Source of the DNA: Takakia lepidozioides
Lineage: Eukaryota; Plantae; Bryophyta
Direction of reading: 5' to 3'
Assembly: GCA_030704615.1 (NCBI GenBank)
Contig: JAKLZA010000010.1
Coordinates: forward strand, 69,055-133,054
Length of the DNA stretch: 64,000 nucleotides
Below are positions 36,959 through 48,329 of this stretch, in pieces; position 1 is the first letter of the stretch, and the number at the start of each line of letters is the position of its first letter. A program made the translations under genes and the position numbers. Below the pieces are notes generated by a model. The model saw only the letters and a list, made by a program, of their open reading frames with translations. It did no database searches and was not told where the DNA came from.

Positions 36959-39934
36959 TTGAAGGACTTGGGAGCACTGAAGGGTCAAGAGATCCGTATT
37001 GAGTTGGCCACTGACACGCCAATCTTTCGGAGACCCTATAGATACAGTGACATGGAGAGGTCTTTGATTCAGATGAGGACTCAAGATCTCTGGGAGGCAG
37101 GTTTGGTGGAGCTCTCTGGTGGAGAGTATGCTTCAGCCACAGTGATGCCAGCTAAGAAGGATGTCTATGGCAATTGGACGGAGAGACGTATGTGCGGTGA
37201 TTACCGGCCTGTAAATCGTCAGACCAAGTCCGATAGGTATGCCATGCCAACACCAGAGGAGATCTTTGATGCCATTGGGCATTCCAAGGTCTTTAGCACG
37301 TTGGATTTACGATCCGGATATCACCAGTTGCCGATCAAGGAGGCGGATAAGCAAAAGACGGCATTCTGGGGGATCAATGAGCACGGGAAGGATTGCCTAT
37401 ACCAGTGGCGGTTCTTACCATTTGGGCTTAAAAACGCTCCCGCTGAGTTTCAAAGAGTCATGGACAGGATTCTAGCAGGGGTGGAGTTTGCTCGGTGCTA
37501 CATAGATGACATCATCATCTTTAGTGCTACGGTGGAGGAGCATGAGAGACACCTTCAGGGGGTATTTGAGCGCTTGAGGACGCACGGATTGAAGTTACAT
37601 CCGGGCAAGTGCAAGTTTTTCCACAACCAGATTGAGTATCTGGGTCACATGATATATCCTGGAGGATTGGGGGTACAACAGACTAAGGTAGAGTCCATTG
37701 CACAGGTTCCACGCCCCACGGATGTGAGCCGAGTTCGAGCTTTCATGGGGTTAGCAAACTATTACAGACGGTTTGTTAAGGGATTTAGTGCCATTGCAAA
37801 GGCTCTAACCAAGCTGACCAAGGTGGACCAGGAGTGGCAGTGGGAAGATGAGCAAGAACAAGCTTTTCAAGAGCTCAAGGCGAGGTTGACCTCGGCGCCC
37901 ATCTTGAGACGACCTATCAGGGGGCGTCCTTTTCAGCTGCATACAGATTGGAGCATGCTGGGGCTTGGAGCGGTGCTCACACAGGTGGATGATGAGGGAA
38001 GAGAGTTCGTAGTGGCTTATGCTAGCCGCTCGAACAATGCTGCAGAGTCTAAGTATAGCTCATATGAGGGAGAATGCTTAGCTGCAGTGTGGGCCGTGGC
38101 ACACTTCAGGTGCTATCTATACGGCAATCTCTTCACCCTTGTCACGGATCACCAACCACTCAAGTGGTTGATGGAGTCAGACAAGCTTACGGGGAAGCTT
38201 GCACGGTGGGCACTCATCCTTCAAGAGTATGACTTTCAGGTGGTGCATCGACCGGGTTTGGTCAATCGAAATGCAGATGGGTTGAGTCGCAATCCATGCA
38301 CGAGCCAGCAGGATGACACTGGAGCTCGGTGGCATGGTGAGACGGACGAGGAGATGGTGCCCGGATGGCATGCATCTGCATTTCTGTGTATCTTGGCAGC
38401 GGAAGGCCAGGTTGGACCTACAACAGGGATGACTGTAGATCAAGTGTCTGAGGACCCTGAGGCCAGCAATGAGCAGGGTGGCGCCAAAGATATACATGAG
38501 GATTCAGTTGTGTTGGACTACCTCCGCAGTGGAGACACGACAGCCACTATGACTGCCAAGGAGAGGGATCGGATCCTACAACGAGCCAAGAGGTTCAGGT
38601 GGGAGGGGACACACCTGCTCCGAGTGTGGGAGGATGGTCGAGTGAGGATTGTGCCTCACCCAACACAGCGGGCACGGTTAGTGCGGCATGCCCATGAGGA
38701 GTTGGGGCATTTTGGGGTGCGACGCACTCATAGTCTACTGCAGGGGCAGTATTGGTGGCGTGGTATGCACACAGAGGTGCAACAATTTGTGGCTAGGTGC
38801 ATGGTGTGTGACAGGGTGCGTGCTTCATTCAACGCCCCTACTCCACAATTGCACCCTCTTCCGATCATGGGATTGGGCTACAGGTGGAGTCTTGACTTCG
38901 CAGGGCCGTTGCCACTGACCATGCGCCACAACAAGTACGTGTTGGTGATGGTGGAGCACTTCTCCAAGTGGATTGAATTGGTTCCATTGCCTGATAAGGC
39001 TAGTGAGGGAGCTGCGTATGCATTCCTGGATTGTGTGCTTAGCCGATTCGGTGCTCCAGCTGAGGTACTCACGGACCAAGGGAGAGAGTTCTTGGGGGAG
39101 TTTCAGGCTTTGTGTGACAAGGCCTTGATAGACCACCGCACCACTTCTCGGGATCATCCTGAAGCCGATGGCTTGGCAGAGAGAGTTGTTCAGACAGTAA
39201 AGAGGGGTTTGCGCAAGTATGGCTTGCAGAAGGGACACCTAGGAGATTGGGACCTTCAGTTACCCTGGTTAGCCATGGGCTACAGGTTCAGCAAGCAAGC
39301 ATCACTTGCCTCCTTCTCACCATACTTTCTTCTCTTTGGCCGAGAGCCGGATTTGCCTACATCCATTCGCAGAGAAGCTGCTACAGTTCTTAACCTTGAC
39401 GATCCGGACGTGTGGGCACGTGCATGTGAGCAGCGTGCAGAGTTGTTCAAGAGAGTCATGCCCATGGCTTTCGAGAACCTTGCCATTGCACAACACCGTG
39501 ATACGTTGAGGTATGCTACCATACGTGGTGGGGGCTATCGTCCTGGGGTTCGGAGATTCAACCCTGGTGACTATGTCTATCTGCAGCAGACTGCTCCTAC
39601 GACCCTGGATGTGACTGCAGGACGTGTTATTTTGAGGGTTCGAGAGGTCTTGCCCTCAGGCGTCTTGGTCTTGGAGGGTCGGGATGGCATAACTTGGAAG
39701 GACCATGTGCGTAATTGTGCGCCATGTCACCTTCCGAATGTCGATGGCAGGATTGACCCAAACCTGGCAGTGGTATCTGCAGGTTTGAGGTGCATGTTGT
39801 GTGGGTCTGCTAAAGGGGCAGCCACCATGCTGGTGTGTGATCGATGCTCTAGAGGTTGGCATATGGGATGCTTGACTCCACCTCTTGAGATGGTTCCGGA
39901 TGGGGATTGGTTATGTCCACATTGCATTGGATAG
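36959..39934 (+). CDS. pol: Reverse transcriptase-RNase H-integrase with C-terminal PHD finger
   Basis: RMCGDYR, LPFGLKNAP, YIDD; RNase H LHTDWS...TDHQPL; integrase HHCC and DDE; PHD CMLC...CDRC...HMGC...WLCPHC. Confidence 0.97.
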   Translation: MKDLGALKGQEIRIELATDTPIFRRPYRYSDMERSLIQMRTQDLWEAGLVELSGGEYASATVMPAKKDVYGNWTERRMCGDYRPVNRQTKSDRYAMPTPEEIFDAIGHSKVFSTLDLRSGYHQLPIKEADKQKTAFWGINEHGKDCLYQWRFLPFGLKNAPAEFQRVMDRILAGVEFARCYIDDIIIFSATVEEHERHLQGVFERLRTHGLKLHPGKCKFFHNQIEYLGHMIYPGGLGVQQTKVESIAQVPRPTDVSRVRAFMGLANYYRRFVKGFSAIAKALTKLTKVDQEWQWEDEQEQAFQELKARLTSAPILRRPIRGRPFQLHTDWSMLGLGAVLTQVDDEGREFVVAYASRSNNAAESKYSSYEGECLAAVWAVAHFRCYLYGNLFTLVTDHQPLKWLMESDKLTGKLARWALILQEYDFQVVHRPGLVNRNADGLSRNPCTSQQDDTGARWHGETDEEMVPGWHASAFLCILAAEGQVGPTTGMTVDQVSEDPEASNEQGGAKDIHEDSVVLDYLRSGDTTATMTAKERDRILQRAKRFRWEGTHLLRVWEDGRVRIVPHPTQRARLVRHAHEELGHFGVRRTHSLLQGQYWWRGMHTEVQQFVARCMVCDRVRASFNAPTPQLHPLPIMGLGYRWSLDFAGPLPLTMRHNKYVLVMVEHFSKWIELVPLPDKASEGAAYAFLDCVLSRFGAPAEVLTDQGREFLGEFQALCDKALIDHRTTSRDHPEADGLAERVVQTVKRGLRKYGLQKGHLGDWDLQLPWLAMGYRFSKQASLASFSPYFLLFGREPDLPTSIRREAATVLNLDDPDVWARACEQRAELFKRVMPMAFENLAIAQHRDTLRYATIRGGGYRPGVRRFNPGDYVYLQQTAPTTLDVTAGRVILRVREVLPSGVLVLEGRDGITWKDHVRNCAPCHLPNVDGRIDPNLAVVSAGLRCMLCGSAKGAATMLVCDRCSRGWHMGCLTPPLEMVPDGDWLCPHCIG

Positions 39935-40183
39935 TGGGAGTGGATACAACCATGGAAGGCTAACAAGAAACGCAAGGCCCAGCTACTAGGAGACCTTGAA
40001 CACACGAGGTCCTGGCTCAAGTTCACAGATTGCAAGATGGCGACTAACGATGGGGCTACTCTTGTACCCGGCCTCTTGGTCTATAGAGTTTGAGTACAAT
40101 AGGGACAGTGATAGAGGACTTAGTACGGCTGTGGCTATTACATCTTGTAGCTATCTGGAGGTAGAGGGACCTATCCACCAGCT

Positions 40184-40194
40184 AGGGGGGCGAT
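40184..40194 (+). promoter_or_regulatory. Polypurine tract
   Basis: AGGGGGG(CGAT) immediately before TGTGGC of the full LTR. Confidence 0.7.
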
Positions 40195-40641
40195 TGTGGC
40201 AGACTACTTTATTGTGCATATATGTGTGGTGTGGTTTGGACAGCGATGTAGTTGTGTAGCGATATGTATGCGCACGACAGCTGTCAAGTTAAATAAGCAC
40301 AGTGTGAAAACAGCTAGAATAAAACTAGTTATTTGTATTTAACACTTGGATTTAGGTCAAGTGTTAAATCAGGTGTCAAGTTTAGTTTGACACCTGGTCC
40401 GTCTTATCTTCACGAGAGCGGCAGTCGCGCGGCTCATCTTTCTCGAGTTGAGCCTGCGCGACCGAGCTCTTGTGTGCGTTTAGATCTGAGTTTACTCATG
40501 ATGGGAGTGTAGGTTGTTGTGGGGTGGAGTCCCCATAGCTTGGGGTGCCCCTGGCTCGACTACTGTTTTAAAGAGTGATGGTTTTGGATTTCACATTGTT
40601 TCTTGTGTGGAGAGCAGTGTCATTTGTTAGCTTTCTTATCA
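40195..40641 (+). repeat. Full-length 3' LTR (447 bp, TG...CA) = segment B + GC + segment A
   Basis: Follows the PPT and ends CTTATCA, like the 5' copy ahead of the PBS. Confidence 0.9.
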
Positions 40642-40642
40642 T

Positions 40643-40727
40643 TGTGGCAGACTACTTTATTGTGCATATATGTGTGGTGTGGTTTGGACAGCGATGTAGT
40701 TGTGTAGCGATATGTATGCGCATGACA
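40643..40727 (+). repeat. Displaced LTR segment B (85 bp) after an LTR-LTR junction CA-T-TG
   Basis: Matches 40195-40279 except for one C/T. Confidence 0.93.
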
Positions 40728-43700
40728 ATGCACGTCCACTTCTTTTTCAGAATCGGGACGGCGCTCTTGCGGGTCCACTTCGCAATTCCTGTCTGAGTGT
40801 TTTTTCCTCTGCTCGCCAGGACAACCACACAGCCTCTGTCGTCCAACACCATGCGGGCAAGCCCGAATCATTTCTTCCAAAAGTCCTCCGAGTACCTGTT
40901 CCAAGATGGCAAAGCTTGCAGTCCTTCCACAGGCTCTCCGTCCGGAATATCCAAGATGATCATATCGCAAGACCACTCGGTGGCATTTCCGCCCCTCCTA
41001 CAATCCTTGTCTGCACACACCCTCTCAAATAATGAGACCATATTCTGAAATCCTGGGGTGTCGGAAGGCTTTTCGGCAGTCGCCTTCTTCAGTGCTCTGC
41101 CCTTCAGACCCTCCATGGTCTTCATGTATGCCAACTTCGCTGCCCGTCCATCCAAAGCCGCCAAGAAACTCTCATTTACACACTGGACTACTGTTTCGGG
41201 AGCCACTTTCGGCCTCTTCATTTCCACCGGCTCGAAAGGGTGCCCCCCTGGGGGGTTGAAGAGTGCCTTCTTTGCCGAGCCAGTTCTCGTGCCTCTCGTG
41301 ACAACGGTGGGCACAGGGGAGGCAGCCTGCGTTTGGGGGGGTGGGCTGGTTGCAAAGTCTCCATCGGAGTCCTCTTCCTCACCCTCTTCCTGAACAGGCT
41401 ATTTCTGCTTCTTCGTTTTGGCGGGTGTCACAACAGCTGCTCCTTGCTGGCGAGTCCTCTTCTTTGACCCCTTCTGTTGGGCCTGCACAGCTGCATCCAC
41501 CGTCTTTTGTGCCATCTCAGTTGCCTTTCTGGATTCTTCCAGAGCAGCAGATTCCTTTGCCGACTTTGGCCCAGCAGGGACACGTCTTTCCTTTCTCTTC
41601 TCTTCTGCCAAGGCATGCAGATCTTTCTCAGACTCGTCAACAATACCGCCAGACATATCCAGGTACCAGGGCATCCAACGAGATGCGCGGGATGCCATTG
41701 TTTCTGCATCTCGGGTGTGTAGACACAGCTTGGGCCCGCCACGGTCCAAGCCATGAAGAACGGGGGCTCTTGAGCCAGGGCCCCTGTCTGAAGGAGCACG
41801 TATTTCATATACCTGCAAGGCAGTCAGCATGCGTGAGCATAAGATTGGACGAACCTACTGGCAGAGTGCCACCGAAAACATAAAATGCAAATGCGGTGCC
41901 GCATTTCCGAGACAAACCTCGTAACCAGGCTTCGCATACAAGGGCAGCTGTGCTTCACCTGTAAACAATTCGCATTGCAGCTTTCCCCGCTCCCTCCTGA
42001 TGTGTAAACTCCACGCTCCTTCTTGCTGTCTGTAGCTCTCTGGCGAAAAGGTTGTCCTTGTACGCACATCTGAAACGCGTCACGTAGTCTTCCAATGTCT
42101 GTGTTCCATCCCATTTGACGTACAAGCCGAACGAATTTGTGTGCATTACGACTTGCTCCTTCGCATTCGACATTACCTACGATTCCCAAATGCATTGTCA
42201 CGTAGCAGTTCAGGGAATTCATTTCAGAAAAGCAAATCTGGGGAAGTACCTTGAATTACCTGGAACCACCAAGTCATGCGGTTGAGCCACACATCCACTG
42301 CAGGGTCGGAAACTTCGAGTGGAAAAGACCACATTGTCCTTATGCTCTCGGATGCATTCCAGATCGACAGCCACCGTGTCTGCCATTTCCGATCCAATGT
42401 CAGGAGCTGGAAGAGAGTGGCTATTGCTAGGAAGGAACTTCAGTGCATTGAAACCTCACCTTCTCTTTCGCCTCAACACATGCCGTTGAGAGGTGATGCA
42501 GTTTCTCCAATTGCATGGTCGGCTGCATGGCCCAAGAATAGTGTTTTGCAATCTCGGGATGAAGTCCTTTCCAAGTGCCGGATCTGCAATTGCCACCAGC
42601 TTCACAAGCTTTGACTTGTATTTGGTTCTGGACTTGACACCGGCTTCCTTCAAGTGCTCAGTCAATGACTGCAACGTTTTGACCTGCCCCTCACTTTCCA
42701 TGAAGAAGCGTTTGGCATGGGCCAAATCCGGCTTGATGTTTGACTGCCAACAAAAACATGCAGAAGCGTTACATTCGATTCATGTGGAAAGATTACTGGA
42801 AATTGGGGAAGGATGAGCAGAGGGAAATCGGAGGACGACTTACTTTGTATATCACCTCCACCATTCCATCCATAGTGAGACGATACCATGTCCGGTCTGT
42901 TTTTGCAACGGCTTTCTGAATGAGCTCGGGCTCCAGCATTTCCGCAAACATCTGCGGATCAGTGAGACCAGTTTTCCTCACCCTGTACAGCATATGTGTC
43001 ATGTGGGTATGCACGTACGCATTCTCAGTGACCCTGCAAGGCACACTCTCCAGTTCAGTACACGGAAGCACGGAAACAAACCAGAATGGAAACCGAAATG
43101 CGGCACCGCATTTCGAACGTGCTAGGGAGGGTATGAGTATCTTACGAGTTGAGGTCCGCCATGGCATTCTTGAGCAGGGAAGAGTCTGCCGCCTTCACCT
43201 TCAGGATGACACACTCCACCATGTAATGCCAGCCAATGTGCTTGGCATGGTTCTGCTTGATGTACTCCTACCAAGCAAGAAGTCGGTGATTCCCGTCCCA
43301 CACAAAGAACATTTTACCCGACATATGGCCGAAGTCTGGATCACCCTTCAGCGTCGCCTCAAATTCGTGGTTGCGAGTGTGCCAGTGGGTATCCCACGTT
43401 GACAATTCATCGGCAGTGGGTCCACGAGTTTCGCCGTCCTCATTCTCAATGGAAACGTAAAACGCTGCCGATCCCAGACGGTACCCTTCTCGAAATGCGA
43501 ACTTGAGCTTATCCACATCTCCGGGAAGGGCCTGCCTGACGATGGGAAGGGAGACCATGCGACAGAGTGGGATTCAAAGAGTCCGCTGGAATACCCTGCT
43601 GCCCAGAACTCTGCCAATGCTACTGTGTGTCTCCTCCAACATTTTATCCGCTGCACTTTTGAAATCCTCCGGAGACATGTCTGTAGGTGCTGGCAGTGGC

Positions 43701-44429
43701 TGAGCAGCTGGAGCATCCTCAACTGGAGCTGCACTCTGGGGCCTGTCTGCGGGCAATTCTGCCATTGCAGAGGCCTCCTCCGGGCCTGCTTGCTCATCGG
43801 TGGTGAGGTCTTACTGCGAACGTTGAGCGGCAGCACCCTCCTCCGGTACCAAATCGACAGAAACGGTCGATCCCATTGCCTTCGCTGCAGCAGAGTCGGC
43901 CCCACCATCTACAGGCGGGAAATCCTCCAGGAACTGAGCTTCAGCTCGTGGAAGCGGTTTTGCGAGAGATTATTCGGCCGTCGCCCTGATTGCCTTCTGC
44001 TTCCTCATCCTTGCAGGTGAAGGTGTCTGCTGCAATTGAATCTGTCTTTTACCCGAGGTTTGCTATTTCATGAGCATGAGCGGCATGAGCGGCATGAGCA
44101 GAGTAGTAACACAATCGGTTTTCATGAGCAGAAGTACAAATTTCGAAAAATAAAAAACAATTAAAAAACAATAATTTAATGCAATGTGTCAGGAAAAACA
44201 AATATATTATTCGGCCCCTTGAAGGGAAAATTGCAGTTTTGACAGTTGTGCTCATGATATTTCGTCTTCCGCTCATGCCAATTCCCAGCGACATGTGCAA
44301 ATATGGCGCCGAATTTCGCGGTAATAGGGTCCGTAACCTGAAAAAACGGCGACGTATTTCGCGGTAATAGGTCTCTCTGGCGAAAAATGGTGCCGAATTC
44401 CGCGGCTATAGGTCCCCTCATGACAGGTA

Positions 44430-44735
44430 ATTCGGCGCCATTTTTCCAGTGCATGTTCGGACTTAGCCAGTTTTCGGCGCAAAATAGGGAAATTCGGCGC
44501 CATTTTTCCAGACACTGTACCAGTGCATGTTGGGACTTAGCCAGTTTTCGGCCCAAAAAAGAGAAATTCGGCGCCATTTTTCCAGACACGGTACCAGTGC
44601 ATGTTGGGACTTAGCCAGTTTTCGGCCCCAAAAAGAGAAATTCGGCGCCATTTTCCCAGACACAGGTACCAGTGCATGTTGGGACTTAGCCAGTTTTCGG
44701 CCCCAAAAAGAGAAATTCGGCGCCATTTTTCCAGA
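44430..44735. repeat. Subterminal ~74-bp tandem repeat (~4 units) containing AAATTCGGCGCCATTT
   Basis: Units at 44491, 44565, 44639, 44714. Confidence 0.9.
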
Positions 44736-44890
44736 AATGGCCCCACAACTGCTTCTGTTGGATCTCAGTTTGAATGGAATATTGCCTCATTCCAGGAGTT
44801 TTGGGGTGCATTTCATTACACTGCAAAAAAAAAGTCTGATACAGCAAAATGCATTTGAAAATATCCATATGGAGGATTCCCTTTGCCCCA

Positions 44891-47800
44891 TCAATGATTT
44901 CTGGAATCCCTAAGGAGGAGTTTGTGCAGCTCGTTCACGCTCAACGCCGGTGCATGAATAAAGTCATCAATAGTCACGTTCATCCTCAACCTCTTCAGGT
45001 AGATGTAATACAGATGCTTGCACGGATAATACTTCGAACCCTTCTTTGCTTCCATCAACGAGAAGTCCGTACAATTGCAAGTCGGCTCCACTCCAATCGT
45101 AATTGTGTATACATCGTCGCGTACAGCCGAGCCGGCCGTTGCCATCCGATACACACGCCCAAGGCCGGGTGGGGGTACGTCCACGGAGCTCTGAATAGTG
45201 CAAGCCATCCCAAGAGCATTGGCAATCCGAGTCTCATTCAACTTGTTGGGAGGGTGTTGTCTCTTCACTCTTCCGAATCGCATTGTGGGATGTGCAGAAT
45301 TGTCCAATCCGTCTCTACTGGACCGAGCAGTCTGCAATGGCTGGGTCTGAGGAACCGGAAATGCGTGGGCCGGGATGTCTGTGCGTTGCACCATTCGAAA
45401 TCCTGCTGCAGATAGAGCATCCGCCTCATTCTGAGAGAGGCTGCAACCCGGTGCAACAGGCTAGACGCCCGGAGGCTCCGACATTCCCTGAATCCCGTAC
45501 TTGGGCTTGCCAAATACACAGGTCATTATGTCGTGCCTACAGAACCAAAATGTCTGCGTTGTGGCGTGAGCAAATGTGGGAGTCAAAAATCTGCCGCTGA
45601 AACAAGGTGCAGGTACAGCACCGTGTGGGTTCCTCCGAATCATCTCACCACAACGTGCTCTCGTATCCACCCGGATGGCGCAGCACTTCCCTCGAAATGC
45701 CGGCAATGTCCTCGCAATTCTCCACTGTGACTCCGACACTCTTGTCTCCACAATGGGAATGTTGTACTGCTTTACTACAGATGGCTCGTTATGTTGTCGG
45801 GGCACGCGCCCTGTGCTCAAAGGAGATGGCGATCTTGAACGTGCAGGACTTGCGGTGCTCGACGAGACCTCCTCGGGCAACATCACCGGACCACGAGGGA
45901 GCGTGCAAATATTTTTGTCAGCTCGCCATGAATCCTCTTCTCCGCCAGGTGCCTCGTCAAGTCTTCGTCTCACTGGACGGGTATGAACATCTCCTTCCAA
46001 ATGTTGGCCTCTTCGCAGCAATGGCGTGTCCCGAAGGCCCTCTCGCAAGGTCGCCGCCCACTTTCGAGGATTCTTTGATCTGGAGGCCGTCCGCATCAGC
46101 ATTTCCTGCCTGTCCGGCCCCAAGCCCCACTGTTTCCCTTTCAAGAACTCGTTGTACCTGCATTGCTGCATAATTGACCTCACAACGACGTGTCACCGAG
46201 GCGGCCGTTTGAGGAAGCGATGCATGTTTCCGAAAACGAGGCCGCCCAAGAGCGGGAGGAATCCGAGGAGTCGGAGCCTGTCTCTAATCCCCTTTTCCAC
46301 AAGGTAACCGGGTAGAGAATCTGTTGCGGCTTACGGTTTAGAATATTAGCCAAAGAAGCATCTCCGATTGTGTGTCCTCTCCTTTCATCTCACAAATAGC
46401 AATTGTCATTAGCATCCTGCAGTGGGTGTCGTAGACATGTGCACCCATTGTCACCCACTGGTGATTTGTAATTCGCTTGATATGGTCGAACATGACCCAA
46501 CTGTTTGACAAGTTCCCACTCGTCATCCTGTCGACCAGTTCGACGCCGCTGCCAGGTCCACACGTGGACATTTTGAATACGAAACAACGATCTGCCTCAG
46601 TCCCTTGTCCTGGAAACCTACTTCCATGAATGTAGTCATATCGACATCGTCGCTTCACCTCCAGAATGGAGTGCATATCCGAGCCACGCCCAATTTTCTG
46701 TTTGCATGAGACAATGTGGTTTCGGACATTCGGTGAACATACATGGGACACCGACTCCAGCAATGCCTCCATTTCCTTCTCGTCGAGAGGAACTCTATCG
46801 GAGCCGTCTTCCGACATAATTCTGGCCAATGCCATCTTATGGGCGGCTTGGAGCTGTATCTGTTTGGGTTTGGCACCCGGTCTCAACTTAACCTCCTCCT
46901 GAACGAGCTCCTCTGCTTCGTGGGCAGCCTCCTGCGAGTTCCCCCTCGCCAATTTGTGACAATGGGAACCAACGTGTATGCAAGCTCGGGTGAGGTCAGG
47001 GAAACGGTGCAACACATAGAACTGCTTGGCATTACAAACAGACATGCAGTGTGGTGGTTCTTTGCAATGCGCACACTTAAATGTGGAGTTCGGAACCTTC
47101 TCCTGAGCTCGAAATGGTTGGTGAGCTGTGCCTGTCCAATCGGTCTCGTTCCTGTGACCTCTGGATTTAAAGTGGAAGCAAGTTGGGGAGAAACACCGCA
47201 ACGCGCCCGCACAAACAACGTAGCGCACCCGCACACCATCGAGCATCTTCATGCTGGTGGTTTTGGTAACGCACCAAGGATGACCGTCATGTTTTATATC
47301 CATATCTGTCAACATTCCGGACGCCCTCAAGTAGTCCGCCCGAGGAGGGAACTCAAAGAAGATATTACCGTCGACGTCGGCGGGAAGACATGTAACCGAT
47401 TTAGTTGCGAACTTGCTGTAGTCCAGCCCGGCCAGCTCCGACCGGTGTCCTTCCAGGTGAAGCCCTCGCAGAATTTCAAGAATAGATCGAACTGCGGTGC
47501 TCGTGCTGGGAATATGACTCCCTCCTCCACTGACGTCCATTGAGGACTTGCCTGATCTCCAGGACGACCTCAGAACTTCCATGACCTCGTCTGAGTCGGA
47601 CAGGTTGTGAACAACCCGGTTCTCGCTCGTCTTCATGGATGGGTTCGGCTCTGGATTTACTTCGTTGCGGACTTCTCTCTTTGAGGTAGCCATTCTCTGA
47701 TTCGCGGATTGTTTCGTGGAAGGCGCCAGGATAGAAGGTGCATTTGGCGGGCAAATGAAGTCCCCAACAGCCCTGTATATGACGCTGTCCGATGGTGGAA

Positions 47801-48029
47801 CTCGCCATTCCCTGCCATCGCCGAAATCATCGTGGAGCACAACAATACTCTCGACAACAAGGCCGTTAGAGTCCTTCCTTTCCTCCTCCAAAAAAACCGA
47901 CCCCGGTTTCAGGTGGTATCGAACGCACAGATATTTCTCCATCACCCGGCAGGTGTCCCCTCTGCACGGAAATGAAGCTCTATGCTCGTGAGGAGGGCAG
48001 TACACTGTAGCGCTCGGGTTTTCCGCCAT
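44891..48029 (-). pseudogene. Family B MULE transposase with the catalytic core deleted
   Basis: Homologous to family A up to EDTQSEMLLW (46350), resuming at SIMQQ (46180). FMAD, CxxH and the E segment are absent; SWIM is retained. Confidence 0.88.
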
Positions 48030-48329
48030 GGGAGATGTGCACACAAGACTGCCAGGATGGCGTGCGGGGAAGCTCCCTGGTAGAAGGGGGTGCAATGATG
48101 GGAATGAATGCGATGCCGATTTGTCCGAGCGACGAAGCCTGATCCAAATCCAGGGAGCCAACTATCTCAAAAATCCACAGTCAGAGTGTTAATGAACCTT
48201 GTCTCCGGAATGCGGCCCCTGGTCTTTGCGCAATAACTGCCAACGGTATGCAGTCAGAAAGTGGGGGGCCGTCCGGATGATGACGGCTGAAGGGGAGAAG
48301 TCGGCACCGTGCCGTCACATTACTACCCC

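Larger units (their letters stand above)
28952..40727 (+). mobile_element. Ty3/Gypsy LTR retrotransposon with DNMT3-like domain and PHD-integrase; permuted LTRs; 4-bp TSD ATGC
   Basis: Ends are TGTCA...TGACA. ATGC lies at 28948-28951 and 40728-40731; the empty site TGATGCACG is at 15278-15286. Domain order is gag-PR-(DNMT)-RT-RH-INT. Confidence 0.95.

Noticed and set aside
39996-40259. env-like ORF after pol
   Set aside because: Only 87 aa, non-ATG start, overlaps the PPT/LTR and has no env features.
28952-40727. DIRS/PAT/Ngaro element suggested by split direct repeats plus a methyltransferase
   Set aside because: It has a protease, a DDE integrase, a PPT and a TSD, and no tyrosine recombinase was seen; the MTase is C5-type.
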